From the human T2T-CHM13v2.0 reference genome, Homo sapiens, in the NCBI RefSeq assembly GCF_009914755.1, contig NC_060934.1: a stretch of 64,000 nucleotides of DNA, one strand, 5' to 3'. Within the stretch, counting starts at the first letter, position 1. Each line of letters opens with the position of its first letter. The notes beneath the pieces were generated by a model. It saw nothing but the letters and a program-made list of their open reading frames with translations. It was not told the origin of the DNA and searched no databases. The translations under genes and the position numbers were made by a program. Shown one piece after another: positions 51,920 through 64,000 of the stretch.

Positions 51920-52682
51920 ATATTATAGGCTATTTCCTGTGCTTTCAAAGTCCCTCAACAATTTCTATATAGTTATAAATCCAACGGCCAGATTCTTTCT
52001 TAAACTGCACATAGATAGTGAGGAGGCCCCTCCCCTTTCTGTCTGAAGAGATGATTTTCATGGTGACTGCAACTTTATTCTTGTCAAAACACTTGTATGT
52101 AACGGGACAGCTGCCCTGTATAATGCGAGACAAAGCAAATCATCACTTTCTAAACATACAAGTCATGCTTTCTTAGTCACTGGATCCCACTGCAGATGGA
52201 AGGTTGAGAAACGTGGAAAAGAAAAACACGAACCGAGATACGAAGGGTGATACCGAGCTCCCGCGATGAGAAGCAGCTTGCAAGGCTTCCAGGGCACAGC
52301 ACCTGCCGCAGGGACCCAGGCTGCAACAAAAAGAACAACGTCAACTCCATCTGACACGTCTCCATTCATCATTCCAAACGACACACCCAGCAGCAGAAAG
52401 AAATACCTAAGTCTAGTTCGAAAATATTTGAACAGTAAGAACCTGTGCAACAGATTCGCCATAGGATAGGAGGACTTGACCTGGATCCCAAATGGCAGTG
52501 GAGGGAATGGCATGCAAGGACCTCATGGAGGTTCAGTGAGTCTCTTCTGCAGATTCATGTGGTACATAAATAAACAGGCATAAGGAACATTTCCATAGCA
52601 ACTGTGTTTCTTAGGAAGAGGAAGAGCACAACAATGCTTGAATGTCAAACTCTCAAAGAAAACTATTATCAGGGAAAAAAAA

Positions 52683-52683
<1 letters not shown>

Positions 52684-52740
<57 letters not shown>
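52684..52740. repeat. Perfect (TA)~28 microsatellite
   Basis: Direct reading. Confidence 0.97.
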
Positions 52741-52743
<3 letters not shown>

Positions 52744-52957
52744 ACCTTTCAAGTCCATGGAGGGGTAGGGAAAAAGATTATTTGCAAATACGCAGAAAAA
52801 ACAAACGAACAACAAACAAAATCTTGTTTCTGATCCCTACACAACATGCTTTACTTCTTACATTACAGAAGTGAATCACAGAGGATCCTGAAAACTAAAC
52901 TTTATTTGCTGTTTTGGAATAAGCCCTTTTTCACGTGTCGCTAGAGGGGGTTGTCTT

Positions 52958-53126
52958 ATTTTCTTTCTTTCCTTTCTTTCTTTTCTTTCTTTCTTTCTTT
53001 CTTTCTTTTTTCTTTCTTTCTTTCTTTCCTTTCTTTCTTTCTTTCTTCCTTCCTTCCTTTCTTCCTTTCTTCCTATCTTTCTTCCTTTTTCTTTTTCTTT
53101 CTTCTTTCTCTTTCTCTCTCTTTCTT

Positions 53127-53204
<78 letters not shown>

Positions 53205-53207
53205 TCA
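52958..53207. repeat. (TTTC)n/(TTCC)n/(TC)n polypyrimidine array, about 250 bp
   Basis: Direct reading. Lies inside the TSDs of the adjacent Alu. Confidence 0.95.
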
Positions 53208-53457
53208 TCTTTTTTGAGACAGAGTCTCACTCTGTCGCCCAGGTTGGACTGCAGTGGCACAATCTCGGCTCACCGCAACCTCTGCCTCCTGGGATCAGGC
53301 AATCCTCCTGCCTCAGCCTCTTGAGTAGCTGGCATTACAGGCGTGCGGTACCACACTCAGCTAATTTTTGTATTTTTATTGGAGATGGGGTTTCACCATG
53401 TTGGCTAGGCTGGTCTCGAACTCCTGACCTCAGGTGATCCACCTGCCTCAGCCTTCT
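53208..53457 (-). mobile_element. AluSx-like, 5'-truncated
   Basis: TTTTTGAGACAGAGTCTCACTCTGTCGCCCAGG...CCTGACCTCAGGTGATCCACCTGCCTCAGCC. TSD GGGGGTTGTCTT (52946-52957 / 53458-53469). Confidence 0.95.
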
Positions 53458-55599
53458 GGGGGTTGTCTTTCTTTAGCAGCCTGAGCAAGGTGTGACTGGC
53501 CATGGCTTCTAAATATCTAAACAATGATCACTGCTGGAGAGTAGGACCTTGGCCACAGAGGTGAATGAATATTCAGCCTGTTATTCTGGATTAATTGGGA
53601 ATTGATTAAATTAGTTATCTGAAAAGACTCACAAAGTCCAATAAATGCTTTCACATTAAGCAGTTTGGAGAACGTTGTTTTATGATTAAGTCCAACTGAG
53701 GCAGCATCTTCTGAATGTGTCTGACACCCACATCCAGCTAGAGGAAAGAAGAGACCAAAGATTGAACTCCGAGGCTGATAAAACAAATTGCTTGTTTTGT
53801 GACTTGACTTACTGGTATAAAATGCTTAATTTAATTCAGGTAAGCATGAATAACAAAGAATTTAGGGGTTCTTTGTTCAATCTCTAAACACACACATCAA
53901 CATTGCCCAACCCTGTGTTTCCAACCAGAGCAGCCCGTACCTGAATTCCACACACACAGGGAGATTGTCTGGCATGATGTCTCAGATCCTCTCTGTTTTG
54001 ACTTCTTCCTGGACAGGGAAGGTGGACTCACCCATTCATGATTTGAGAGGAGGAAGTAAGCACAGCCTAGCTCTGTGCTTTCTGCCCCCCACAATGACAG
54101 GGAGTATTTTGTTCTGTTTCACTTTTAGTGAAGTTGGAGGCACAGCCTTACCAGGGGAGACCTACAGATTTCTAGTGCTACCTAAGACTGGGTGGACACA
54201 TTGTCCTCTTTCTCAGGTGTGGAGCAAACCACAGAGGAGACAGGAGGTGTCACTTCCTCCACCCCCGCGTCCCCTGTGGCGTGGGTGATGGCCTGCTCTG
54301 CACCTGCCTCTCTTTGGTCTTTTTCAGTTTGTTCCAAACTGATTTGAGTAAGAACATGCTAAGTGTTCGAGATTATACAACTGACACCACATGCATTAGG
54401 GATGCATATTCAAAATCTCTTTTTCAAATTTAATTCCAGCCGTAGAGGTGTTTTATTGTAAAATAACTGCCTCCCTTGTTAAAATAAAATGATTATCTCA
54501 TGTGAGAAGTGAGCAAAGCCTTTCAGATATTTCCAGGAAATTTTCCTGCCTTTCCAGTTCTTCACATTTTGAATCTCTCTTCACTAATTATATGCAAAAT
54601 CATCTCTTTTTTCTGTTTTCATTATTTTATATGAAAAAAGCTCTCCAACTCGAAACAAAACTCATGCAAAATTAACAAATAAAAATTCACAAAAAGCAAA
54701 GATAAAATGATTGCCATGATGCATACATTTAGTCCTACAAAAATTATGCTTTAGTCTTAAGGAGTATTATGCATTTCTGGGCACACTGGTGAGTTTCTTT
54801 TCCTTCCACACTACCTGTACTCATACTTGAAAATATCTTACTTCCTAATATCAAATCAGTGTCCTGGATATTGGAGATCTTTTTTGTGGAAAAAAATAAA
54901 AGTGCCCATATGCACTTTGACTTCTCCTTCCTGTTGAAGAAATACTTTTAACAGCAGCGGCATCCCAGAAATAGCAATGAATACTAAGTACCAACCCTTG
55001 GAATAAACTCGCACAGTCACTGAGAAATACATAAAATTCATGTATTTTGCACGGAAGAGTGAAATGAAAGGAGATATTCCTGCAAGTGTGGAAACAACGA
55101 CCCCTCCCACACTGCCCCTTGGAGACCTTCACTCATAAGCTCTCCACCCTCCACACGTGGACATCTGGGCCTACTGCAGGTTGTTGTAAAGAATTCTCCC
55201 TGAGGCATGTCATTATTAATGGACATTAGCACTGACATTGTCCTCCCTAGCCATTCATTCGCAGTGGCTTTCCCTGAAGGGAACGGCCATCGAAACCCCT
55301 CCTGGAAGGTCCTGAAGATTAACTGATGGGGCATATTTTAAAATTAATAAGATTTCCTAAAATTTCAAGAACAACATTTTGGGCTTTTTAAAAATTAAAT
55401 AGAGTATTCATTGGAAGAGAAGAAGAAATGCTACATGTAGGCAGGATTTGGGAGAATAGCAAAGTGATGATAGCGGACTCTGTTATGCTCCGAGATAGAC
55501 TGCGTGGTTAAGACTCCTCTCCTGCAGCACCCTGCGACCTCGACAGTCACTGTCGGAGGCAGAAAAGGACAGGTGACTCCACAGACCAAGGGACCCGCA

Positions 55600-56030
55600 C
55601 ACTTAGTGCTGAGGGCCAGGGACTCCTGCTGCTCCCGGGGACTGGTATGTGTGGACACCTGAGCTGCATGCTTCCTAGGGACTGCCTGCAGAGTCTGGGT
55701 GGTGCAGCTTGAACTTGCGAGAAAATTAACCCTCTGGGCAGAGAACAACTTGAGCATGGGGGAAAGAAGAGGCTCACGAATAAATTACTTCCCTTCACCT
55801 CCCCAGATGGACTTCCTGAAGTCCACAGTTCATACGACCCTGTGCAGATGCCCCGCTCAGACTGAGCTGTGCTTGTCACAAAGCCCTGGCCAGCCAGAGA
55901 ATGCACCCTTATATCTGCTCTCCCCACTTTCTGCTCCCTCTTCCTTTGTTCCCTCCTCTGGCTTTCTGGGTTTGCACTCCCCATTAGAGCATTAGTATGG
56001 TAAATTTTCACTCCTAGCTCTGTTTTATTA
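55600..56030 (+). mobile_element. LTR33-like ERVL solo LTR
   Basis: AATTAACCCTCTGGGCAG, GAATAAATTACTTCCC, ACTGAGCTGTGCTTGTCACA, AATGCACCCTTATA and TTTCTGGGTTTGCACTCCCC are collinear with LTR33. Confidence 0.6.
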
Positions 56031-57419
56031 AGAATCCACTCTGAGATAGTCAGATTTTTTTAAAGTTTTATTCTTAAGAAAAAAATAGTCTTTTGAAAAA
56101 TTATATAAATTTCTCCAAACTTGTTAAGTGGCATATTGAGGACTGTAATTCAGAATTTCTGAAGTTGTTTCCATAATATGGGCACTTTGAAAAGAAATAT
56201 GAATCATTGAAGCACTTTATTAGTGCATTGTTATCCCTGATGAGCCAATATTTACCATATAATTATTTACACCTTTGCTAATAATATGGGAGCTAATAAA
56301 AATCTTCGTGTGGGCAGAGTAATTGCATTGGGTCACCTTGAGTATTATGTTACTAGATGGCCTCCAGCAGGTGTTCATTTCATCTGATGTGTATCATTTC
56401 TACTGATGTCAGTTACATTTCATCAAAGCATAGTAATTATGTTACATAGCAAAGTAAATTCTGCAGAATATTATAAAATGACAATCATAGGCTTGGTGAA
56501 CATGTGAATAAGATACTAGTCCTCTGTACTCATGGTGTAATAGATAAATATCTGGAGACTATTCTATACAAGAAATAGAACTAAAAGACTGGCAAATATT
56601 AAACATATGATACAGAAAAATAGAAAAAGATTTTATTATATTGCTAACTTAAAGATTAACTTTTCTATTTATCAACACAGTATCATTAGATTTTATCATT
56701 TACTTATCCAGAATATATATAAGAAATGTTTTTCTTAGGCTTGGTTTAAAATGATCAACTATGATTGTGCATGTACTTTTAATTCTCATCCTTCCTTTGT
56801 CAACTGTCATATATTCCTGGGAGCAAACAATTAGGAAATAGTTTAGCAAAACAAAACCTGCTGTGGACGGAACACATCATATTATTATATTGAAGATTAT
56901 TATATTTAAGATTTAATTTTTGTGACTTTATTGCCAGAAATATTTGTTCATGCTAATATAGAAGATTTTTCTTTCCTACATATATAATCAGCTTTTCATT
57001 GTATTTTTAAAGTGGGTTGTTTTTTAATGCCTCATGTTTTGTCAGTATAGTGAAATAGAAAAATAAGATGACCATATAAAACATCATCCAAAATTTTTAA
57101 GTACGATCTTTATTTAGAAAACCAAGAATCCTATGAAAAATAGAACTACATTACATTGTTCAACAGAAGACAGGTTATAAGTCATCATATTAGTGAACAC
57201 ATAGATTCATTTCTATTACCAACTCAAGGAACAAAACAAAAATAGTATCTCTCTTCCTTCAATTTGCCTTACTTCTTTATTTAACCTGCATGAGATGTTG
57301 ACTAATTTGCAAAACAATAGTAATAAACCTAGAAGTCTTTTTTAATATTTTGCAGTCTAGGAGTGTTTCATGCTCATGTTGGATTTCTAAGTCAGTTTAC
57401 CCATTAATTATAATATGAT

Positions 57420-57520
57420 ATTAAGAATACTATGTACTTATATCAAATCAAAATGTTGCATTCCTTGAATACATACAACTTTTATTTATCAATAATGCCA
57501 AAATAAAGCTGGGAAAAAGA
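57420..57520 (+). mobile_element. L1MA/MB extreme 3' end
   Basis: ATCAAATCAAAATGTTGCATTCCTTGAATACATACAACTTTTATTTATCAAT...AATAAAGCTGGGAAAAA. Confidence 0.65.
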
Positions 57521-59150
57521 ACCCTAAATAATCTTTATCTACTTTGCTAACATTGAAACATGTTGAACACTAAGTATAAATATTCCCATGAAAACCTGAA
57601 GAGGAAAACAAAAGCCTTAGTTGTCTATTTTCCAAAGCCTCAAGAAGCACTCGTATGCATTTGTGTTTATATATTAACATAGGAATTTTACCAGTGTTTT
57701 CTAGTTTAAATTTTCCATTTTTTAAAAAAGTTTATTTTAGCTCTATCTTGAGTGATAGCTGTGGTTATGTCACTTTCTCATTCAAATACTTTCACAGTTT
57801 GTCTTTTCCTGTAGATTATTGTCCAAGTTTCCCATTGTCATTTTTCAACTGACAGACACACCGTGACCCTACCTACTATTCTGATCTTATTTCCATTTTT
57901 AATTTCCTTTCACAAAGTTAAAGAAAAATTGAAGCACCTTTTCTACTTATACACTAAAAAGTCTCCTCCTCCCTGAGTTGACGTTTGAAATATTTAACAG
58001 GAGATGATGGTTAGGTAACCACCAGTCAAAACAGGCACCCTAACCAACCAGAATGACATAATCCATGAAACATTAATTCAGCTGTACCTATTCTGGGCCT
58101 CCAACTAGAGGATGTCTCTCTCCCTTTTATATTCTATTATAATTATTAGTGTTTTTATTTAATACCACAATAACCTTTAAACTCCTGGAAGAAAGATTTG
58201 ACACAAACTTTACCTTTATAATAATGGATATTCCTGAAATATTTTTTAAAAGGAAGAAATAAAAAAGGGGAAAAAGAAGACAAAGAAACAAAGAATAAAA
58301 GCTTTACAGAAACATTTGCTGAATAAATAGACTAAGACACAGTTCAAAAATGCAATTTGCAATTGAGGTTTTGGTGGAAATTTCCATTTAAAAAGGAGTG
58401 GCAGAATCGAGTCTAATGAAACAGTCAACTTGTATTTTAATAATACTAATTGAAGAGAAAAGTTAACAATTTACTTGGTATTTTGTGGATAAATAACCTA
58501 GAAGTGTTTTTTTATTGTATATGAAATTCAAGTGAAGAAATACATCAGAATTTCTGAGCTAGGTAAGTTGGCACACAAGCACTCTCAGGGCCTAAAATTG
58601 TAACCATGTATCTTTCCTCCAAGAATGCTTTCATTTGGTCATAGATTTGATGTCTAAATCTTCTAATTAAGTGCTCAGCTTTAAATGTATGCAAATGCAA
58701 TGGAACAGGCATTTCCAAAAAACTCAAATTATATCAAAGTCACAAAGATGGTACACCTATCTTCTTCAACCCCTTCCAAGATACAACTGAAGAAAATATC
58801 TCTGTCCCAAGTTCAAATAATGAAGCTATTATCCATTTTTGCCCTTCAGGGAAATAGTCATTTATTACATTAAGAATGTATAAAGAAGTGAGAAAATAAA
58901 TAGTTTGGGGGAAAAATGGCCATATCTTGTCCTGTGCAGACACATGGACAACTGCAAGGCAGGTTCGTGGTATCTGCAGTACTCATTCCCCACAGTACAG
59001 TATGTCAGCCTGAAATTGGACCATTCAATTATTATATTTGGGTTCTCCTTTAAGGTGCTGTTTTGGAATTTGATGTATGTGGTTATGCAACTTTGAGAAA
59101 AGATGAAATACTGCTAATTTTTTAACTTATAATTTTTAAAATTATGAATT

Positions 59151-59411
59151 ATGATGGGATTAGTGGCCACATAAGAAGAGGGAGAGACACCAGAGCTAGC
59201 CTTCTCTACATATACATTGAAAAAAGGCCATGTGAGGAACAGAAGGAGAAGGTGGCCATCTGCACACCAGGAAAAGGGCCCTCACCAAGAAGGGAATGGG
59301 CTGACGCCTTGTTCTTGGACTTCCAGACCACAGAACTGAGAGAAATAAATTTATATTTTAAACTACCCAGTCTATGGTCTTTATTTTTGGCAGCCTAAGT
59401 GGACTAATACA
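59151..59411 (+). mobile_element. MLT1A/B-like LTR, 3' part
   Basis: ATGGGATTAGTGGCC...GGCCATGTGAGG...AAGGTGGCCATCTGCA...TTGGACTTCCAG...GGACTAATACA. Confidence 0.85.
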
Positions 59412-59429
59412 ACAGGGAAATGCAAAAAA

Positions 59430-62400
59430 CAGTCCACAATAAGACAAGACATACTTTTGCATATTCCCTGCACAAAGTACAAATAAAACTCCCAAGTATT
59501 CTATATAAAATGAGCATATAAAATGAGCATAAGAAGGTTCTAAAAGGGAAGAGAAGAAGACAGTTGACCTAGGGACATTAGGATCCAAGACAAAACACAA
59601 TGGCATATTTCCTGGGATTTTCTTTTATCTTATATATTTGAGACTTATTGAAGAATCCGGCAACTCAGAAACACTAATAGGTGTGGAACAAACCTCACCC
59701 CCACCGCCGCTAAAAATATGGAAAAGGGAAGCCTACAAGGACAGAAACATTTTAGACTATGATTGTTCTACTCCTGACAAACACCACGGAGAAATGTGTG
59801 GTCCCGTCACCACCCCACCAGCAAAGACTGAGAGAAGAACAAGGCTGTAATGAGGTGTCCCAAGACCCCCGCTAGAGTGATGTCAGAGAAGATCAGGTGG
59901 AAGCTAGGACTTTCATTCCTGCTGGCTGTTAATCAGCCCCAGCACCACAGCAGGGGACCTAGTTTTCTGCCTCCATCCGACAGTGATAGGATTTCCTGCC
60001 TAGTATCCATTAGGGTGATGTCAGAGGAGAATCAGAACTTTAACCACCGTGTAGGGATAATGAGGTCACTTCCACTGTGATGACAGTGAGATCACATGGG
60101 GAGCTAGAGTGCCCACCTGCCCCCAGTAACAAGACGTCCGCCTCAGTATCAATGGACACTGAGTAGGGAACCTAGACATCCAACTACACGTGGCTGTAAT
60201 GAGCGGTGCTTCCCCTTCCTTTGCCAGCATAGTGTCCAAAAGCAGCTGTCAAGTCAGAAGCATTAAATACGTCTAGAATCTCATGACATCAAATAAAAAT
60301 GTTCAGCCTTCAATAAAAAATTACTTTCCATGCCAAGAACTAGGATGAATTTAAGCTGAATGAAAAAGACAAGCACGAGCATACTTTGGTATGTTAGAAT
60401 CACCTGGCAAAAATTACAAAGTATCCGTGACAGAAACTGTGCAGGCCAGCAGGAAATAGCACCATATTTTTCAGATGAGCAAAGAAATATCAATCTAGAA
60501 TCCCACTAAAAATATAACCTTCAAAAATTAAGTGGAAATCAAGGCACTCTTCAATGTATACAAACCAAGAAAATTAGTTGCCAGCAGACCTACTCCAAAA
60601 GAATGACTAAACGAACTTATGTAAACAGGAAGGAAACAATCAAACAAGGAAACTTTAACCATCGAGAAAAAAATAAGACAAACAAAAATGCAGATAAATA
60701 AAATAGGATTTCCTTCATTCACTTTTTTGATTTCTAAATTACGTTTTATGATTGAAGAAAAAATTACAGTACTGTCTGATGTAGTCCTAAATATGTAGAG
60801 AATATGTTTAAGACAACTATATTATAAATGAAGGAGGGTAAAGAAAAGTAAAAGGCTGTTTTACTTCCTCCAGACTGGCAAAATGATGACATTAATATAC
60901 TGCAATAAGTAATGTAATATACACTATATACAAAGCAAACACTTAAAAAAGTTGTACACATTGAGACACTTAAAAGTGGTATAGATAAATCAAAATGGAA
61001 TTATACAAAATTCTCATTACTCACAGAAAAGTGACAAAACAGAGAAAAAAAAATACCAAATATAAAACAACACACAAAATGACAGACTCAAGTTCCACTA
61101 TGTCAGTACTTACACTAAATATAAATGGCCTAAATACATCAAGTAAAAGACAGAAATTGACAGGGTTAATTAGATCTATGATCCAATTATATATTGTCTA
61201 CAAGAATGTAATCTCAACTATAATGATATAAGTAGATAAAAGTGTATTCTTCTCTATATTAAAAGATACATTTCTAAATAACTCATAGCTAAAGAGAAAG
61301 CAAAATATAGATTGCATTGAACAAAAAATGAATTTAAAACCTATCAAAAATTTTGATATGCAATACTGAGGGTAATTTGTATTGATAAATGCATGTATTA
61401 GAAAAAAAGAAAAGTCTCAAATTAATATTTTCAGCTCTCGACTCAACCTAGAAAAAGGAGCACAAAATAAACACAAAGCAAGGAGGAAGAAAGAAATAAT
61501 AAGAGCAGAAACCAATAAAATTGAAAAGAGAAAAACAGTACAGAAAATCAAATAAACAAAGACATATTTCTTTAAAAAGTTTAAGAAAACTGACAAACTC
61601 TAGCAAGACTGACAATAAAGAGAAAAGACACAAATTATTAATATCAGGAAATAAATAAAATATTGCCACAGACCCTGTAGACATTACGAAGATACTGTAC
61701 TTTAGAAACACTATAACCAATTCCACACACGTTGATGTAACAAATTATATTAAATGGACAAATTTTTCAAACTACCACAACTACCTAATTACCCACAGTA
61801 CTGAACTACCTGAAACACGAACTACCACAGCTCAACCAGTTTAAAATAGATCGTTTGAATAGCACATGACTACTAAAGAAATTGAAATGGAAAGTTTAAA
61901 AAATCCAAACAATAAATCTTCAGACCCAGTTAATTTCACTGGAGACATACTAAATGTTTAAAGTATTAACACCAATTGTATATAAAGTCCTCCAGAAAAT
62001 GCAAGCAGGAGCACATCCCAATTCATTTTAGGAAGCAAGCATTGCTCTGATTACAAAACCAGAAAAAAACAGTGTAGAAAAGAAAACCAAAGGCTAACAG
62101 TTCCCATGAACATGGAAAACAAAAATTCTTAACAAAATATTGGCAAATAGAATTTGACAGTATATGTGTGTGTGTGTGTATATATATACACACACACATT
62201 ATATATACACATTTATGATATATTTATACATATATACACGTGTGTATGTGTGTGTATGTGTATATATGTATATATACATATATGCTTGTTTTGTATATGT
62301 GTATATTACATATGTATATATACATGGATATACATATGTATATACATATGTACATGTATGTATACATATAAATGTCTGTATGTATATACATATACATACA

Positions 62401-62559
62401 TCTGTATGTATATATGTGTGTGTGTATACATATGCCTTTACATATCACTCACTTCATCAGGGTGTACTCTATATATATAGTGTATATATGTGTGTGCGTA
62501 TATATATGTATATACATATCACTCACTTGGCCAGGTTGTACTCTCTATATATAGTATAC

Positions 62560-62607
<48 letters not shown>

Positions 62608-62729
62608 ATATACATATCACTCACTTGGCCAGGGTGTATTCTATATATATAGTATATATATGTGTGTGTGTGTATGTATGTATGTATATACATATTACTC
62701 ACTTGGTCAGGGTGTACTCTCTCTATATA

Positions 62730-62767
<38 letters not shown>

Positions 62768-64000
62768 ATACACATATCACTCACTTGATCAGGCTGTACT
62801 CTCTGTATATAGTATATAGTGATAGTCCAGATTCCAGGGATGTAGGTCTGGCTCAATATTGAAAAATCAATGTAATCCACCCTATTAACACACTAAAAAA
62901 GAAAATGACATGATCATATTAATCAATGCAGAAAAAGTATTTGACAAATTTTGACAACTTTTTATGATTAAAAACTCAAAAGGTGAAAAAAATGGTAACT
63001 TTCTCAACTCAATAATAGAGAAGCTATAAGAAAATCTACTGCTTAAAAATGAAAGACTGAATGCTTTCCCCCAAGATCTGGAACAAGATGATCATATGTC
63101 AATATTCTTACTCTACATAGTATTAGAGGTTCTAGACAGTGCAGTAAGTCAAGCCTGCCAAGTAAAGAAATAAGCAGTATATAAATTGAAAAAGAAGAAA
63201 TGAAACTGTTTATATTTGGAGATGACATAATTGTCTACATATAAAATCCCAAAGAATGTACAAAACAAAATTCCTAGAACTAAGAGGTGAGTTAAGTAAG
63301 GCTGCAAAGTACAACACAGGCACACTAAAATCAGTTAGCTTTCTATATATTAGCAATAAATATGTAAACAATAAAATTAAAAATATAATACCTTTTAAAT
63401 TACTCAAAAAAGCAACAACCTCTGTAAACCTAACAAAACATGTACAGGACTTATATGCTGAAAATTGCATACAACTGGTGAGAGAAATCAAAGAAGTTTT
63501 TGACCTGACACCAGAAGCATGATGCACAAAAGGAAATAATGTTAAATTGGAGTTCACCAAGATTAAAAACTTTGCTCTGCAAAGTCCCCGCTTAATAAGA
63601 TTAGAAAAAAATCTACGCGGTGGGAAATAAATGTTTGCAAACTCCGTCTGCAACAAAGGACTAGTAACTAGGATATTTAAATAACTCTCAAAACTCAAGA
63701 ATTAAAGCTGAACAGCCCTAATAGAAAATGGAAAAACATATAAAAAGAGATTTTACTCCTGAAGGGAATATACAAATTGCAAATAAGCACAAGAGAAATT
63801 GTTTGATATTATTAACCAGTGGGAAAATGTAAACATCTTATCAAAATACGTAAAATGTTTAAAAAGCAACAACACTAAATGCTAATGAGGTTGCAGAGAA
63901 ACTGGATCAATTGCACATTGCTGATGGAAATGTAAGATAGTACAACTAGTTGGAAAAGCAATTTGGCAGATTCTTAAAAACTAAATATGCAACTGTCATA
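59430..64000 (+). mobile_element. Old L1M (L1MC-type) with 5' UTR, ORF1/ORF2 remnants and internal deletions, running off the window end
   Basis: ORF2-like peptides ...MSVLTLNINGLNTSSKRQKL (about 61080) and ...LELRGELSKAAKYN...KSVSFLYISN...NLTKHVQDLYAENCIQLVREIKE (63256-63522). ATCAATGCAGAAAAAGTATTTGACAAA present. Many stops and frameshifts. Confidence 0.9.
62161..62820. repeat. Compound (TA)/(TG) tract plus 5-unit minisatellite (74-98 bp spacing)
   Basis: Core CATATCACTCACTTGGYCAGGGTGTACTCTCTATATATAG at 62441, 62515, 62613, 62691 and 62773, separated by variable (TG)n/(TA)n. Confidence 0.95.

Noticed and set aside
52523-53324. (IY)n, KERK-rich and FL-rich ORFs
   Set aside because: Translations of (TA)n, (TTTC)n and Alu sequence.
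62441-62812. CRISPR-like constant core with variable spacers
   Set aside because: The spacers are TG/TA microsatellite and the core appears to be L1-derived.
62154-62819. Cluster of C/V/Y/I-rich ORFs
   Set aside because: Dinucleotide-repeat translations.
59430-64000. Active or domesticated L1
   Set aside because: ORF1 and ORF2 are fragmented by stops, frameshifts and deletions. Only short peptide remnants survive.

Overview
This is primate, probably human, non-coding genomic DNA (AluY/AluS/AluJ, THE1C, MSTA/B/D, MLT1, L1PB1, MADE1). I cannot support any protein-coding gene, RNA gene or CRISPR array. The six-frame ORFs are mostly Alu, LTR, L1 or simple-repeat read-through, or short chance ORFs. 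A large part of the window is interspersed repeat: about 13 solo LTRs, three large old L1M blocks, about 9 Alu pieces, L2/MIR relics, and MER3, MER44 and MADE1 DNA elements. Several insertions are nested and keep their target-site duplications (TSDs). The most interesting structure is small-scale. (1) A 6x49-bp VNTR whose units carry minus-strand 5' splice sites, two matching the first 10 nt of U1 snRNA, lies about 400 bp downstream of a strong minus-strand acceptor. (2) A minisatellite is built from an inverted, amplified piece of its host L1. (3) A palindromic 7x30-bp minisatellite and an in-frame 3x42-bp repeat behind a splice acceptor are present. (4) A candidate exon ends in a perfect Kozak ATG. 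(5) Several motif clusters are candidate enhancers. Repeat family names come from recalled consensus similarity, not a RepeatMasker run, and boundaries of old elements are approximate. All functional claims are hypotheses, and the locus was not identified.
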